A stretch of 26,060 bases of DNA from a virus (Duplodnaviria; Caudoviricetes). Shown here one piece after another: positions 1-8,800 of this stretch. Made by a program: the position numbers and the translations under genes. Numbering within the stretch: position 1 is the stretch's first letter; each line of letters begins with the position of its first letter. The stretch covers positions 1-26,060 of IMG/VR virus record IMGVR_UViG_3300025110_000112, one strand, 5' to 3'. The notes under the pieces were generated by a model. The model saw only the letters and a program-made list of their open reading frames with translations, was not told the DNA's origin and did no database searches.

Positions 1-2
1 TG

Positions 3-119
3 AATTCTAAGTCGCAGAAAACAGTGAGACTCACGCCGTCTCAAGTAACAATTGCTAAAAAATTAGGTGTGCCACTAGAACTTTATGCGAAACAATTAAA
101 TATCACGAAGGAGAGATAA
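3..119 (+). CDS. 3' end of a probable capsid scaffolding protein (partial, runs off the window)
   Basis: Open frame NSKSQKTVRLTPSQVTIAKKLGVPLELYAKQLNITKER* ending TAA 117-119 (not in the ORF track). Short basic helix-loop-helix tail typical of scaffold C-termini; lies upstream of the head genes. Confidence 0.65.
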   Translation, partial: NSKSQKTVRLTPSQVTIAKKLGVPLELYAKQLNITKER

Positions 120-123
120 GCAT

Positions 124-579
124 ATGAACGATAAAAAAATAGACTCCCGTGCGAGCCAAACAAAAGTTACAGAACAGAAAAAAGTTTGGACTCCACCATC
201 ATCTTTAGATGCCCCACCCGCACCAGATGGTTTTAAACACAGGTGGATAAGAGCTGAGTCGATGGGTTTTGATGATTCATCAAATATGTCGGCAAAGTTA
301 AGATCAGGATTTGAATTAGTTAGATCTGATGAATATTCTGATGTTGATTATCCAACTATTAATGACGGGAAATACAAAGGGGTTATCGGAGTTGGCGGCC
401 TTTTGCTGGCAAGGATACCTAACGAAATTGTTAAGTCGCGCGAAGAGTATTTTAAACAACAAACTCAAGACCGAAATGACGCGATCGAAAACGATTTAAT
501 GAAGGAACAGCATCCAAGTATGCCGATCAACAATGATCGACAGACTCGTGTAACCTTCGGTGGTACGAAGAAAAGTTAA
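124..579 (+). CDS. Conserved phage head-module protein, function unknown (151 aa)
   Basis: SD AAGGAG at 108-113; WTPPSSLDAPPAPDGFKHRWIR motif; sits between scaffold and capsid genes. Confidence 0.8.
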   Translation: MNDKKIDSRASQTKVTEQKKVWTPPSSLDAPPAPDGFKHRWIRAESMGFDDSSNMSAKLRSGFELVRSDEYSDVDYPTINDGKYKGVIGVGGLLLARIPNEIVKSREEYFKQQTQDRNDAIENDLMKEQHPSMPINNDRQTRVTFGGTKKS

Positions 580-615
580 TTTTTTAACAATTCTTACCAA
601 CGGATAAATTAAATC

Positions 616-650
616 GTACTGGAGGCCTTTCGAGGCAGGTACATAAGGAG
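616..650 (+). promoter_or_regulatory. Bulged UUCG hairpin directly 5' of the SD of the minor head gene
   Basis: GTAC(616-619)/GTAC(639-642) outer stem, GCCT-TTCG-AGGC (625-636) inner stem, then TAAGGAG 644-650. GC-rich island in an AT-rich spacer. Confidence 0.55.
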
Positions 651-658
651 ATAAAACT

Positions 659-1228
659 ATGGCTAACAAAGACGCAGCGTTCGGTTTCAAACCTACAAGA
701 CATCTTACAGGTGGACAAATCAGAGCGGAAGAATATGCTATAGCTGCAAACTACGGATCAGACATTTTTACTGGTCAAGTAGTTGAAGCAGTTACAGCAG
801 GTGGTATAGAAGCAGCGGCAGCTGGAGACACTCAACAATTAGGTGTTTTCGGTGGCGTGTTTTATACTGATCCAACAACAAGTAAACCTACATTTAAAGC
901 TTATTATCCTGCAAGCACAAACGCTTCAGACATAGTAGCTACAGTGTATGCGGATCCATATATTGTGTTCGAAGCACAACATGATGGTACAGGAACAGCA
1001 GCAATGAATCATGGTGGATTTGATTTTACAGGAGTAGGCGGAAGCACTCTTACTGGACAATCAACTTCAGAAATTGATACATCAACTGTTACTACATCAG
1101 GTGGTTTCAAACAAATCGGTATATCAAAAGATCCGGACAATAGTGATACAAGCTCGGCAAATGCGAATGCATATGTTGTATTTAATACTGGTGAGCATGT
1201 GTTTAAATTAACAACAGCACTAGGTTAA
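659..1228 (+). CDS. Putative minor capsid/decoration protein (189 aa)
   Basis: Strong SD; Ala/Gly/Thr-rich beta-type sequence; immediately upstream of the major capsid gene. Confidence 0.65.
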   Translation: MANKDAAFGFKPTRHLTGGQIRAEEYAIAANYGSDIFTGQVVEAVTAGGIEAAAAGDTQQLGVFGGVFYTDPTTSKPTFKAYYPASTNASDIVATVYADPYIVFEAQHDGTGTAAMNHGGFDFTGVGGSTLTGQSTSEIDTSTVTTSGGFKQIGISKDPDNSDTSSANANAYVVFNTGEHVFKLTTALG

Positions 1229-1251
1229 TAGTTAGAATAGGAGAATAAAAA

Positions 1252-2157
1252 ATGGCTATATCAAGATCACAACTAGTTAAAGAACTAGAGCCAGGTTTGA
1301 ATGCACTATTCGGCTTGGAATATAAAAACTATGCAGATGAGCATGCAGAAATTTTCGACGTAGAAAATTCTGACAGAGCTTTTGAAGAAGAAGTGATGTT
1401 ATCTGGTTTCGCAAATGCTTCAGTTAAACCTGAAGGATCAAGCGTTAACTACGATACAGCACAAGAATCTTTCACTGCTAGATACACTCACGAAACGCTT
1501 GCTTTAGCGTTCTCAATCACTGAAGAAGCGATTGAAGATAACTTGTATGATAGACTTGCGTCTAGATATACAAAAGCATTAGCTAGATCAATGGCAAATG
1601 CTAAACAAGTTAAAGCAGCAAATGTATTAAACAATGCATTTGATTCAAGCTTCACAGGTGGTGACGGCGTAGAACTTTGTTCTGCAGTTCACCCAATTGT
1701 GGCTGGAACGTTCAAAAATGAGTTGTCAACTGCAGCTGACCTTAACGAAACTTCGTTAGAGCAAGCTCTTATTGACATCGCAGCAATGACTGATGAAAGA
1801 GGTCTAAAAATTGCAGCAAAAGGAGTTAAAATGATAATTCCTTCAGCGCTTCAATTTACTGCTGAGAGATTAATGAAATCTCAAGGTAGAACTGGAACTG
1901 CAGATAATGATATCAATGCAGTCGGTAGCATGGGAATGATCCCACAAGGTTACGTAGTAAACCACTACTTAACTGATACTGATGCGTTCTTCATTAAGAC
2001 TGATGTTCCTAACGGATTAAAAATGTTCGTTAGAGCACCAATCAAAACTGCAATGGAAGGCGACTTCGAAACTGGAAACGTAAGATACAAAGCTAGAGAG
2101 AGATATTCTTTTGGATTCTCAGACCCTAGAGGTATCTTTGGATCACCAGGAGCATAA
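1252..2157 (+). CDS. Major capsid protein (Mu gpT-like, HK97 fold; 301 aa)
   Basis: SD AGGAG; ITEEAIEDNLY, LNETSLEQA, IIPSALQFTAERL and YKARERYSFGFSDPRGIFGS segments match my recollection of gpT-like capsids of marine phages; followed by a strong hairpin. Confidence 0.9.
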   Translation: MAISRSQLVKELEPGLNALFGLEYKNYADEHAEIFDVENSDRAFEEEVMLSGFANASVKPEGSSVNYDTAQESFTARYTHETLALAFSITEEAIEDNLYDRLASRYTKALARSMANAKQVKAANVLNNAFDSSFTGGDGVELCSAVHPIVAGTFKNELSTAADLNETSLEQALIDIAAMTDERGLKIAAKGVKMIIPSALQFTAERLMKSQGRTGTADNDINAVGSMGMIPQGYVVNHYLTDTDAFFIKTDVPNGLKMFVRAPIKTAMEGDFETGNVRYKARERYSFGFSDPRGIFGSPGA

Positions 2158-2169
2158 TCGTAATAATTT

Positions 2170-2194
2170 TGTGGCCGGACATAGTTCGGCCACA
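2170..2194 (+). terminator. Stem-loop after the capsid gene (terminator or mRNA-stabilising hairpin)
   Basis: TGTGGCCGGAC-ATA-GTTCGGCCACA, 11-bp stem with one G-U pair, 12 nt after the stop; U-tract weak. Confidence 0.65.
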
Positions 2195-2215
2195 TTGTAA
2201 TAAGAAAGTAGAAAT

Positions 2216-2473
2216 ATGAAAAAATTCCTAATAACTATCTGGGCCTATGATCATTATGCAAAATTTCAAGTTTTGTCTGAAGATAATGCCAATTCTCTCG
2301 AACAATCGATCCTTGACAAATTGGGAGAAAAGAGTATAAATTGGGAATATCTTGGTATATCATATGATAACCGAGTAAACAGAATAACCTATGAGGAGGT
2401 TGTTGATGATACAAGACCTATACAAACGAAAAAGGTCCTTGGAGTTGAAGTGGGAACAGGAGCATCTGTCTAA
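2216..2473 (+). CDS. Hypothetical protein (85 aa)
   Basis: ATG after purine-rich AGAAAGTAGAAAT; fills the gap after the hairpin; no recognisable domain. Confidence 0.65.
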   Translation: MKKFLITIWAYDHYAKFQVLSEDNANSLEQSILDKLGEKSINWEYLGISYDNRVNRITYEEVVDDTRPIQTKKVLGVEVGTGASV

Positions 2474-2615
2474 TGGTAGATACACTCTTGAAATGGTCAG
2501 AATCGATGACAAAGTTAAACAAGTCATTACTGACATTAAGCTTGAAGAAGCTAAAATTGCTCACAGACAAAATAGCGTTGAAGGCGCTGCTCCACAAGTT
2601 TCTGTAGCTACTTAA
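2406..2615 (+). CDS. Small helical/coiled-coil hypothetical protein (69 aa; start revised from 2391)
   Basis: GAGGAGG at 2393-2399 lies 6 nt before ATG 2406 (MIQDLYKRKRSLELKWEQEH...); overlaps the upstream ORF by 68 nt. Confidence 0.7.
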   Translation: MIQDLYKRKRSLELKWEQEHLSNGRYTLEMVRIDDKVKQVITDIKLEEAKIAHRQNSVEGAAPQVSVAT

Positions 2616-2662
2616 TCAAAAGCTACATCGTTGGAAAAATCCAATCCACATTACAGGCTCTC

Positions 2663-2691
2663 TTGCACTCTACTAAAAACTGTTGTATAAA
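2663..2691 (+). promoter_or_regulatory. Sigma70-type promoter
   Basis: TTGCAC (2663-2668), 17-nt spacer, TATAAA (2686-2691); predicted start about 2697-2698. Confidence 0.7.
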
Positions 2692-2697
2692 AATCAC

Positions 2698-2776
2698 ACT
2701 ATACAAATTAAAATAAGTTAAATGTAGACGCGTATAGTCGACATCCCTAGGGACTACATTTAAGATATCTAGGAGG
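2698..2776 (+). ncRNA. Structured leader RNA with two pseudoknot-type pairings; possibly related to the Mu-gpT-DE RNA motif class
   Basis: Perfect 10-bp stem TTAAATGTAG(2718-2727)/CTACATTTAA(2754-2763). Loop GTATAGT(2732-2738) is complementary to upstream ACTATAC(2698-2704). Loop CCTAG(2746-2750) is complementary to CTAGG(2769-2773), which overlaps SD AGGAGG(2771-2776). Family assignment is unverified. Confidence 0.65.
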
Positions 2777-2784
2777 ATATTAAT

Positions 2785-3291
2785 ATGGCAAATACAACTT
2801 TTACAGGTCCGGTACGATCTGAAAGTACACTTAAAACAATCAGTAAAAACTCTACTACTGGAGCAATTACTGAAGTAATTACTATGGGTGATGCACCAGT
2901 TGCATTAGGAGATGAAGACAAAACTCTTGATAACGCAACACACAGTGGAAGAACTCTTGTAGTTCCTGCACTTGCAGCTAACAGAACAATTACATTACCG
3001 GCACCAGTTGCTGGTGCACACTTTAAATTTATTTATGGTGGCGCTGCGGAAGAAGCAGAAAATTTAATTATAATAACACCGGGAAATACTAATTTCTTTA
3101 TTGGTGGAGTTATTCATTTAGATTCAAATGCTGATAACGTATCTGTTTATTCTGATGGAAACTCTAACTCAAAACTAACTCTTACAGATTTTGGTTTATT
3201 TGAAATAAATATATTAGCTAAAGATTCCACTAACTACTATATTTGGGGTCAAGCAGAAGGCGCAGACGTGCCTGCATTTGCAGATCAGTAA
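2785..3291 (+). CDS. Putative virion structural protein (head fibre/decoration-like, 168 aa)
   Basis: SD AGGAGG; MANTTFTGPVRS N-terminus; RTITLPAPVAGAHFKFI beta-rich domain; in the head module. Confidence 0.7.
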   Translation: MANTTFTGPVRSESTLKTISKNSTTGAITEVITMGDAPVALGDEDKTLDNATHSGRTLVVPALAANRTITLPAPVAGAHFKFIYGGAAEEAENLIIITPGNTNFFIGGVIHLDSNADNVSVYSDGNSNSKLTLTDFGLFEINILAKDSTNYYIWGQAEGADVPAFADQ

Positions 3292-3301
3292 TACATAATT
3301 A

Positions 3302-3328
3302 TGTGGGGCTTCGGCCCCACAGTTTCTT
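3302..3328 (+). terminator. Intrinsic terminator-like hairpin with cUUCGg tetraloop
   Basis: TGTGGGGC-TTCG-GCCCCACA (3302-3321), perfect 8-bp stem, followed by GTTTCTT. Confidence 0.75.
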
Positions 3329-3345
3329 AATTAAGGAGGGAAACA

Positions 3346-3765
3346 ATGGCAGACACAGTAACAGGACCAACTATCTTACAGCAAAACGATAAGAGAGTTG
3401 TTATTAAAATAGTAAACCAATCAGACGGATCAGGTGGAACTACAGTTTTTGGAGATGTATCAGCACTAGATGCTAGAGAAGACGGAACTGCAGTAGCTCA
3501 TCTAGGACTACTTAGAGTTTGGTATTCATGTCAAGGTGGCGATGGAGGAGACTCTTACGCTAGATTAGATGAAGAAGACTCTGACGGAGATATTCCTATT
3601 ATCGGATTAACTGGTGCAGGATATTGGGACTTTAGAGAATTTGGTGGAATACCAGCAGATAAATCTAGTAACAGTAATCAAAGCGATGTTAATCTTGTTG
3701 TACCAGGCGCAGCTGATTCTGGTAACATGTATACGATTATAGCAGAGTTTCAGAAAATTTATTAA
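3346..3765 (+). CDS. Putative virion structural protein (139 aa)
   Basis: SD TAAGGAGG; acidic beta-rich protein with LTGAGYWDFREFGGIP motif; in the structural operon. Confidence 0.7.
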   Translation: MADTVTGPTILQQNDKRVVIKIVNQSDGSGGTTVFGDVSALDAREDGTAVAHLGLLRVWYSCQGGDGGDSYARLDEEDSDGDIPIIGLTGAGYWDFREFGGIPADKSSNSNQSDVNLVVPGAADSGNMYTIIAEFQKIY

Positions 3766-3777
3766 GGAGGGTAACTA

Positions 3778-4533
3778 ATGGCCAATACAACTTCCGGCAC
3801 AGTTACTTTCGACAAAACTTTTGCTGTAGATGATCTAATAGCAGAAGCATATGAACGTATAGGTTCACAAGTAACTTCTGGATATCAATTAAAATCTGCA
3901 AGAAGATCTTTAAACATTCTTTTTCAAGAATGGGGTAATAGAGGTTTGCACTACTGGGAAGTAGGTGAAACTAATATTGATTTAATTGAAGGCCAAGCTG
4001 AATATACTTTCTATAGAGCAAGTGGAGATGGAACAAGTTCTAGCACAAATGCAACATCTGATGTTTATGGAGTTGCAGATGTTTTAGAAGCAACGTTTAG
4101 ACAAAACAGAACACAGACTACTCAATCAGATGCAGCAATGACAAAAATTGATAGATCAACTTATTCTAGTTTGTCTGCAAAATTATCTAAAGGAACACCA
4201 TCACAATATTTTGTTCAAAGATTAATTGATAAAACTACAGTTACAGTTTACCCGACACCAGACTCAACAGCTGCATCTAAAGATATGCATATTTATTATG
4301 TAAAAAGAATACAAGACGCAGATTCTACTTATACAGATGCAACAGATGTACCATATAGATTTGTACCTTGTATGGTTTCAGGATTAGCTTTTTACTTATC
4401 ACAAAAGTTTAATCCACAAGCATCACAACAATTAAAACTATATTATGAAGATGAATTGGCAAGAGCATTAGCTGAAGACGGTTCTTCTTCTAGTACATAC
4501 ATAACCCCTAAAACTTATTACCCAGGAACTTAA
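3778..4533 (+). CDS. Head-tail adaptor / tail tubular protein A-like (251 aa)
   Basis: SD TAAGGAGG; helical N-terminus (LIAEAYERIG...ARRSLNILFQEW), GTPSQYF...VYPTPD beta insert, helical C-terminus (CMVSGLAFYLS); typical adaptor layout. Confidence 0.7.
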   Translation: MANTTSGTVTFDKTFAVDDLIAEAYERIGSQVTSGYQLKSARRSLNILFQEWGNRGLHYWEVGETNIDLIEGQAEYTFYRASGDGTSSSTNATSDVYGVADVLEATFRQNRTQTTQSDAAMTKIDRSTYSSLSAKLSKGTPSQYFVQRLIDKTTVTVYPTPDSTAASKDMHIYYVKRIQDADSTYTDATDVPYRFVPCMVSGLAFYLSQKFNPQASQQLKLYYEDELARALAEDGSSSSTYITPKTYYPGT

Positions 4534-5102
4534 TGGCACAAGCAAGAGGAAAATACGCAAAAGCAATATCAGACAGATCAGGAATGGAGTTTCCATACAG
4601 AGAAATGGTCAAAGAATGGAATGGTCATTTAGTGCATCAATCTGAATTTGAAGCTAAACATCCTCAATTAGAATTAAGATCAAGATCAGGAGATGCACAG
4701 AGTTTATATGATGCAAGACCTGCTAGAACTGAAAATGAAGTTGCAAGACCTTTAGGACCAAACCCTTTTCAAACGATTGCAGCATCATCAGGCATTATAA
4801 ATGTGTTTGAAAAATCTCATGGGAGATCAACAGGTGATACTGTAAGATTTAGAGGACCTATTTATACAACATCAGATCCAGATGCTTTTCAAAATCCAGT
4901 TGGTTTTGATGGTGTTACAGGAACTAATTTAGCAAAAGCTGCAGGATATTCTATTACGGTTGGTAAAAGAGATTCAAGTGGTAATATTGCAAACACAACA
5001 GATTTCTATCACTTTACTGTAGACACAAACACTGCTACAACAGGTGGTATATCAGGAGGAGGCAATAGTTGTTCGGCTGGTCCAGCAACATTGACAGCGT
5101 AA
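4533..5102 (+). CDS. Conserved neck/tail-region protein (189 aa)
   Basis: TAATG-coupled start; AISDRSGMEFPY...EWNG...KHPQL N-terminal segment plus a Thr/Gly-rich beta domain (HGRSTGDTVRF). Confidence 0.7.
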   Translation: MAQARGKYAKAISDRSGMEFPYREMVKEWNGHLVHQSEFEAKHPQLELRSRSGDAQSLYDARPARTENEVARPLGPNPFQTIAASSGIINVFEKSHGRSTGDTVRFRGPIYTTSDPDAFQNPVGFDGVTGTNLAKAAGYSITVGKRDSSGNIANTTDFYHFTVDTNTATTGGISGGGNSCSAGPATLTA

Positions 5103-5103
5103 T

Positions 5104-5808
5104 ATGGCAGGATTAAGTGCATCAGGATTAAAAACACAAATAAGAAGTTACACAGAAGTTAGTTCTACTGTGTTATCAGATAGTGTATTAGAAAATATTA
5201 TTTTAAATGCACAATACAGAATTTTTAGAGATGTGCCTATTGATGCAGATAGAAAAACATCTACAGGTAATTTTACATCTGGAACAGGAACTGTGACTGT
5301 ACCAGCTGGAGCCGTATTTATTAGAGCAGTGCAGGTTTACACTGCAACTGGATCTACATATACTGGTGCTAATACATACTTAGAAAAAAGAGATTTAACA
5401 TTTTTAGAAGAATATATTTCAGCAACTACATCTACTGGGACACCAAAATATTACGCTATGTTAGACACAGGAGCAACTGGAGAGAGTTCATCAAACTCTG
5501 GATCTATAATTGTGTCACCAACACCAAGTGCAACATTTGCTTACAAAATACATTACAACGCAGCTCCAGCTTTATTGGAAGACAATGATACTAATTATAT
5601 TAGTTTAAATTTTCCAAATGGTCTGCTATATTGTTGCCTAGCAGAAACTTATGGGTTTCTAAAAGGTCCAGCTGACATGCTGCAATTATACGAACAAAAG
5701 TATCAACAAGAAGTACAAAAATTTGGAGGAGAACAAATAGGTAGAAGACGAAGAGATGACTATACAGATGGAACAGTCAGAATCCCTGTTAACTCACCAA
5801 CACCTTAA
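5104..5808 (+). CDS. Second adaptor / tail tubular protein A-like (234 aa)
   Basis: Same layout as 3778-4533: IILNAQYRIFR helix, GTPKYYA...VSPTPS...IHY, then LLYCCLAETYGFLK helix. Confidence 0.65.
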   Translation: MAGLSASGLKTQIRSYTEVSSTVLSDSVLENIILNAQYRIFRDVPIDADRKTSTGNFTSGTGTVTVPAGAVFIRAVQVYTATGSTYTGANTYLEKRDLTFLEEYISATTSTGTPKYYAMLDTGATGESSSNSGSIIVSPTPSATFAYKIHYNAAPALLEDNDTNYISLNFPNGLLYCCLAETYGFLKGPADMLQLYEQKYQQEVQKFGGEQIGRRRRDDYTDGTVRIPVNSPTP

Positions 5809-5819
5809 GGAATTAAATT

Positions 5820-8800
5820 ATGGCATCAAGTTATTCAGATCTAGGTATTGAACTAATGGCAACCGGCGAAAATGCCGGTACATGGGGGGATAAAACTAAT
5901 ACCAACTTACAAATTGTAGAAAAAGCAATCGCTGGTTATGTAGAAAAATCTATTGCTGGCGGTGCAGCAACAACAGCTTTATCAATTACAGACGGTGATA
6001 CTACTGAGTCAACATCTGTTGCAAGACACGCAGTTATAAAACTAACAGGAACTATTACAGGTAATCAAATTGTAACTGTTCCAGACTCAATTGAAAAAGT
6101 TTACATTGTGGTAAATGGTACAAGTGGTGCCTACACTGTACAATTTAAAACTGCATCAGGAACAGGTATAACTTTTGGTACAACTGATAAAGCAGCTAGA
6201 TTATTATTTTCAGATGGAACAAACATTGTTGATACAGGATTTTCAACTTCTGTTGCTGCTGACGATATTTCTACAGGTGATGCCGCAGTTACACTTGCAA
6301 CGTCTAGCGGTGATATAACTGTAGATGGGCCATCAGATATTATTTTAGACGCTGATGGTGGAGATATATTTTTTAAAGATGGTGGCACAACATTTGGTAG
6401 TGCTACAAACACATCAGGAAATTTAATAATTAAATCAGGTACAACTACTGCTGTAACTTTTAGTGGTGCTAACGCAACAGTTGCTGGAAACTTGTCTGTT
6501 GGTGGAGACTTCGATGTTACAGGAAGTCTTGATTTCAGTGATGCTAATATTACAAACGTTGGATCAATAGCTCTTGATACAATTACAAATGATGGCACAG
6601 ACATTACTTTAGACTCATCAGGAGACATAGTTTTAGATGCAGATGGAGCTAATATAACTTTAAAAGATGGTGGCACAACTGTCATTGATTTTGTATTAAA
6701 CGGATCAACAGATGTAACTTTAGATGCACCAGGAGATATTAAATTTGATGCTGATGGTGGTGATTTTAATTTTTTAGATGGTGGCACAGAAATTTTAAGA
6801 ATATCTAATTCATCTAGTGATGTAATTATTAAGCCAATTGTTGATGCTAAAGATTTAATATTTCAACAAAGAGATGGAACAGAAGTTGCAAGAATTGAAG
6901 ACAACGGTACTTTCAATGTTGTAACAAGTAAACTAGCTATAAATGGTACAGCAATTACATCAACAGCAGCTGAACTTAATATTTTAGATGGTGTTACATC
7001 TACAGCGGCGGAACTTAATATTTTAGATGGTGTTACATCAACAGCAGCTGAATTAAATATTTTAGATGGTGTTACATCTACAGCAGCTGAATTAAATATT
7101 TTAGATGGTGTTACATCTACAGCAGCGGAATTAAATTTAGTTGATGGAATTACAGCAGGAACAGTGTCTGCCTCAAAAGCAGTTATTGTAGATTCTAATA
7201 AAGATTTAACAGGTTTTAGAAATTTAACAATATCAGGAGATCTTACAGTATCTGGTGATGACATTACCATGGGTACAAACACTGCAGGTAATTTATTAAT
7301 TGCAGATGGTACAAACTTTAATTCAGTAGCAGTAGGTTCACTATCAGAAATATCTACAGTTGCTGATGATGATGTATTTTTAGCAGTAGATACTTCAGGT
7401 GGTGGACTTAAAAAAATTGCAAGATCATCAATAGTTTCAGGGCTTGCTACATCTTCTGCATTATCAAATGTTGCAGATGATAGCACACCTCAATTAGGTG
7501 GCAATCTTGATATGAATGGTAACGATATTGTTACTACATCAAATGCAGATTTAGAATTAGCCCCTAATGGTACAGGGCATGTAACTGTTAGAGGTAATAC
7601 AAATTCAGGTGCTATACAATTTAATTGTGAATCTAATTCACATGGCCAACAAATAAAGGCACAGCCACATTCTGCAGGTGTTACAAATGTTATGTTATTA
7701 CCAGATGGTGCTGATTCAACTTTAGTATCTCTTGTAGCTACACAGACTTTAACAAATAAAACATTAACAACACCAGTTATTGCAGAAATAGATTCTGGTT
7801 CTACTATTACACTTGATGCAACTACGGACATTGTTCTTGATGCAGATGGTGGAGATATATTTTTTAAAGATGCAGGAACAACTTTTGGTAGTGCCACAAA
7901 TAATAGTGGAGAACTTCTTATAAAATCAGGTACTACAACTGCTATGACATTTAGTGGTGCTAATGTAACACTAGAAGGTAACTTAACTGTATCGGGAACA
8001 ACAACTACTGTAAACTCAACAACTGTAAATCTAAATGACCACAATATTGTATTAGATAGTGGTAATAGCACAGGTGCAGTTGTTAATGGTGCAGGTATTA
8101 CGATAGAGGGTGGTAGCGGTGATGATGCTACGTTTACCTATAATACAACAGGTCCTAAGTTTGAATTAAAACTAGGTTCAAGCCATGAAGATTTACAGGT
8201 TGATCAACTTATTGCAGGATCACTAGATATTTCAGGAAACGTAGATGTAGATGGAACTTTAGAAACAGATGCTTTATCAATAGCTAGTACAACAGTAACA
8301 TCAACAGCAGCTGAATTAAATATATTAGATGGAGTAACATCAACAACAGCAGAATTAAATATATTAGATGGTGTAACATCAACAGCAGCAGAGCTTAATA
8401 TATTAGATGGTGTAACATCAACAGCGGCTGAATTAAATATATTAGATGGAGTAACATCAACAACAGCAGAATTAAATATATTAGATGGTGTAACATCAAC
8501 AGCAGCAGAGCTTAATATATTAGATGGTGTAACTGCAACAGCAGCAGAGATTAATTTAATAGATGGTGGAACTGCAAGAGGAACTACAGCAGTTGCAGAT
8601 GGTGACGGTATTCTTCACAATGACGGTGGCACAATGAGAATGACTAGTGCCGCTACGTTTAAAACATATTTTCAAGCAGGTATTTCTTCAGCAGCAGATG
8701 ACATAACAGCTGGTGATGCAGCGGTAAATATCACAACCTCATCAGGTAATATTACAATCGATGCAGCTGCTAATGATACCGATATTATATTTAAAGGTAC

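Noticed and set aside
616-642. Kink-turn in the hairpin upstream of the minor head gene
   Set aside because: The 3' strand reads AG rather than GA, so canonical tandem G-A pairs are not formed.
2130-2170. T7 10B-like frameshift extension of the capsid protein
   Set aside because: No convincing slippery site near the stop, and further stop codons follow closely.
2698-2776. Assignment of the leader RNA to SAM-II/SAM-V, preQ1 or a known self-cleaving ribozyme
   Set aside because: I could not find their conserved core nucleotides; only the general pseudoknot-over-SD logic is shared.
6131-8071. Long minus-strand ORFs opposite the tail fibre (218, 207, 193 aa)
   Set aside because: Antisense shadows of a codon-biased repetitive gene; no SD or protein-like features.
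6957-8570. 39-bp repeats as a CRISPR array or DGR template/variable pair
   Set aside because: No unique spacers; in-frame with mostly synonymous variation; no cas or reverse transcriptase gene in the window.
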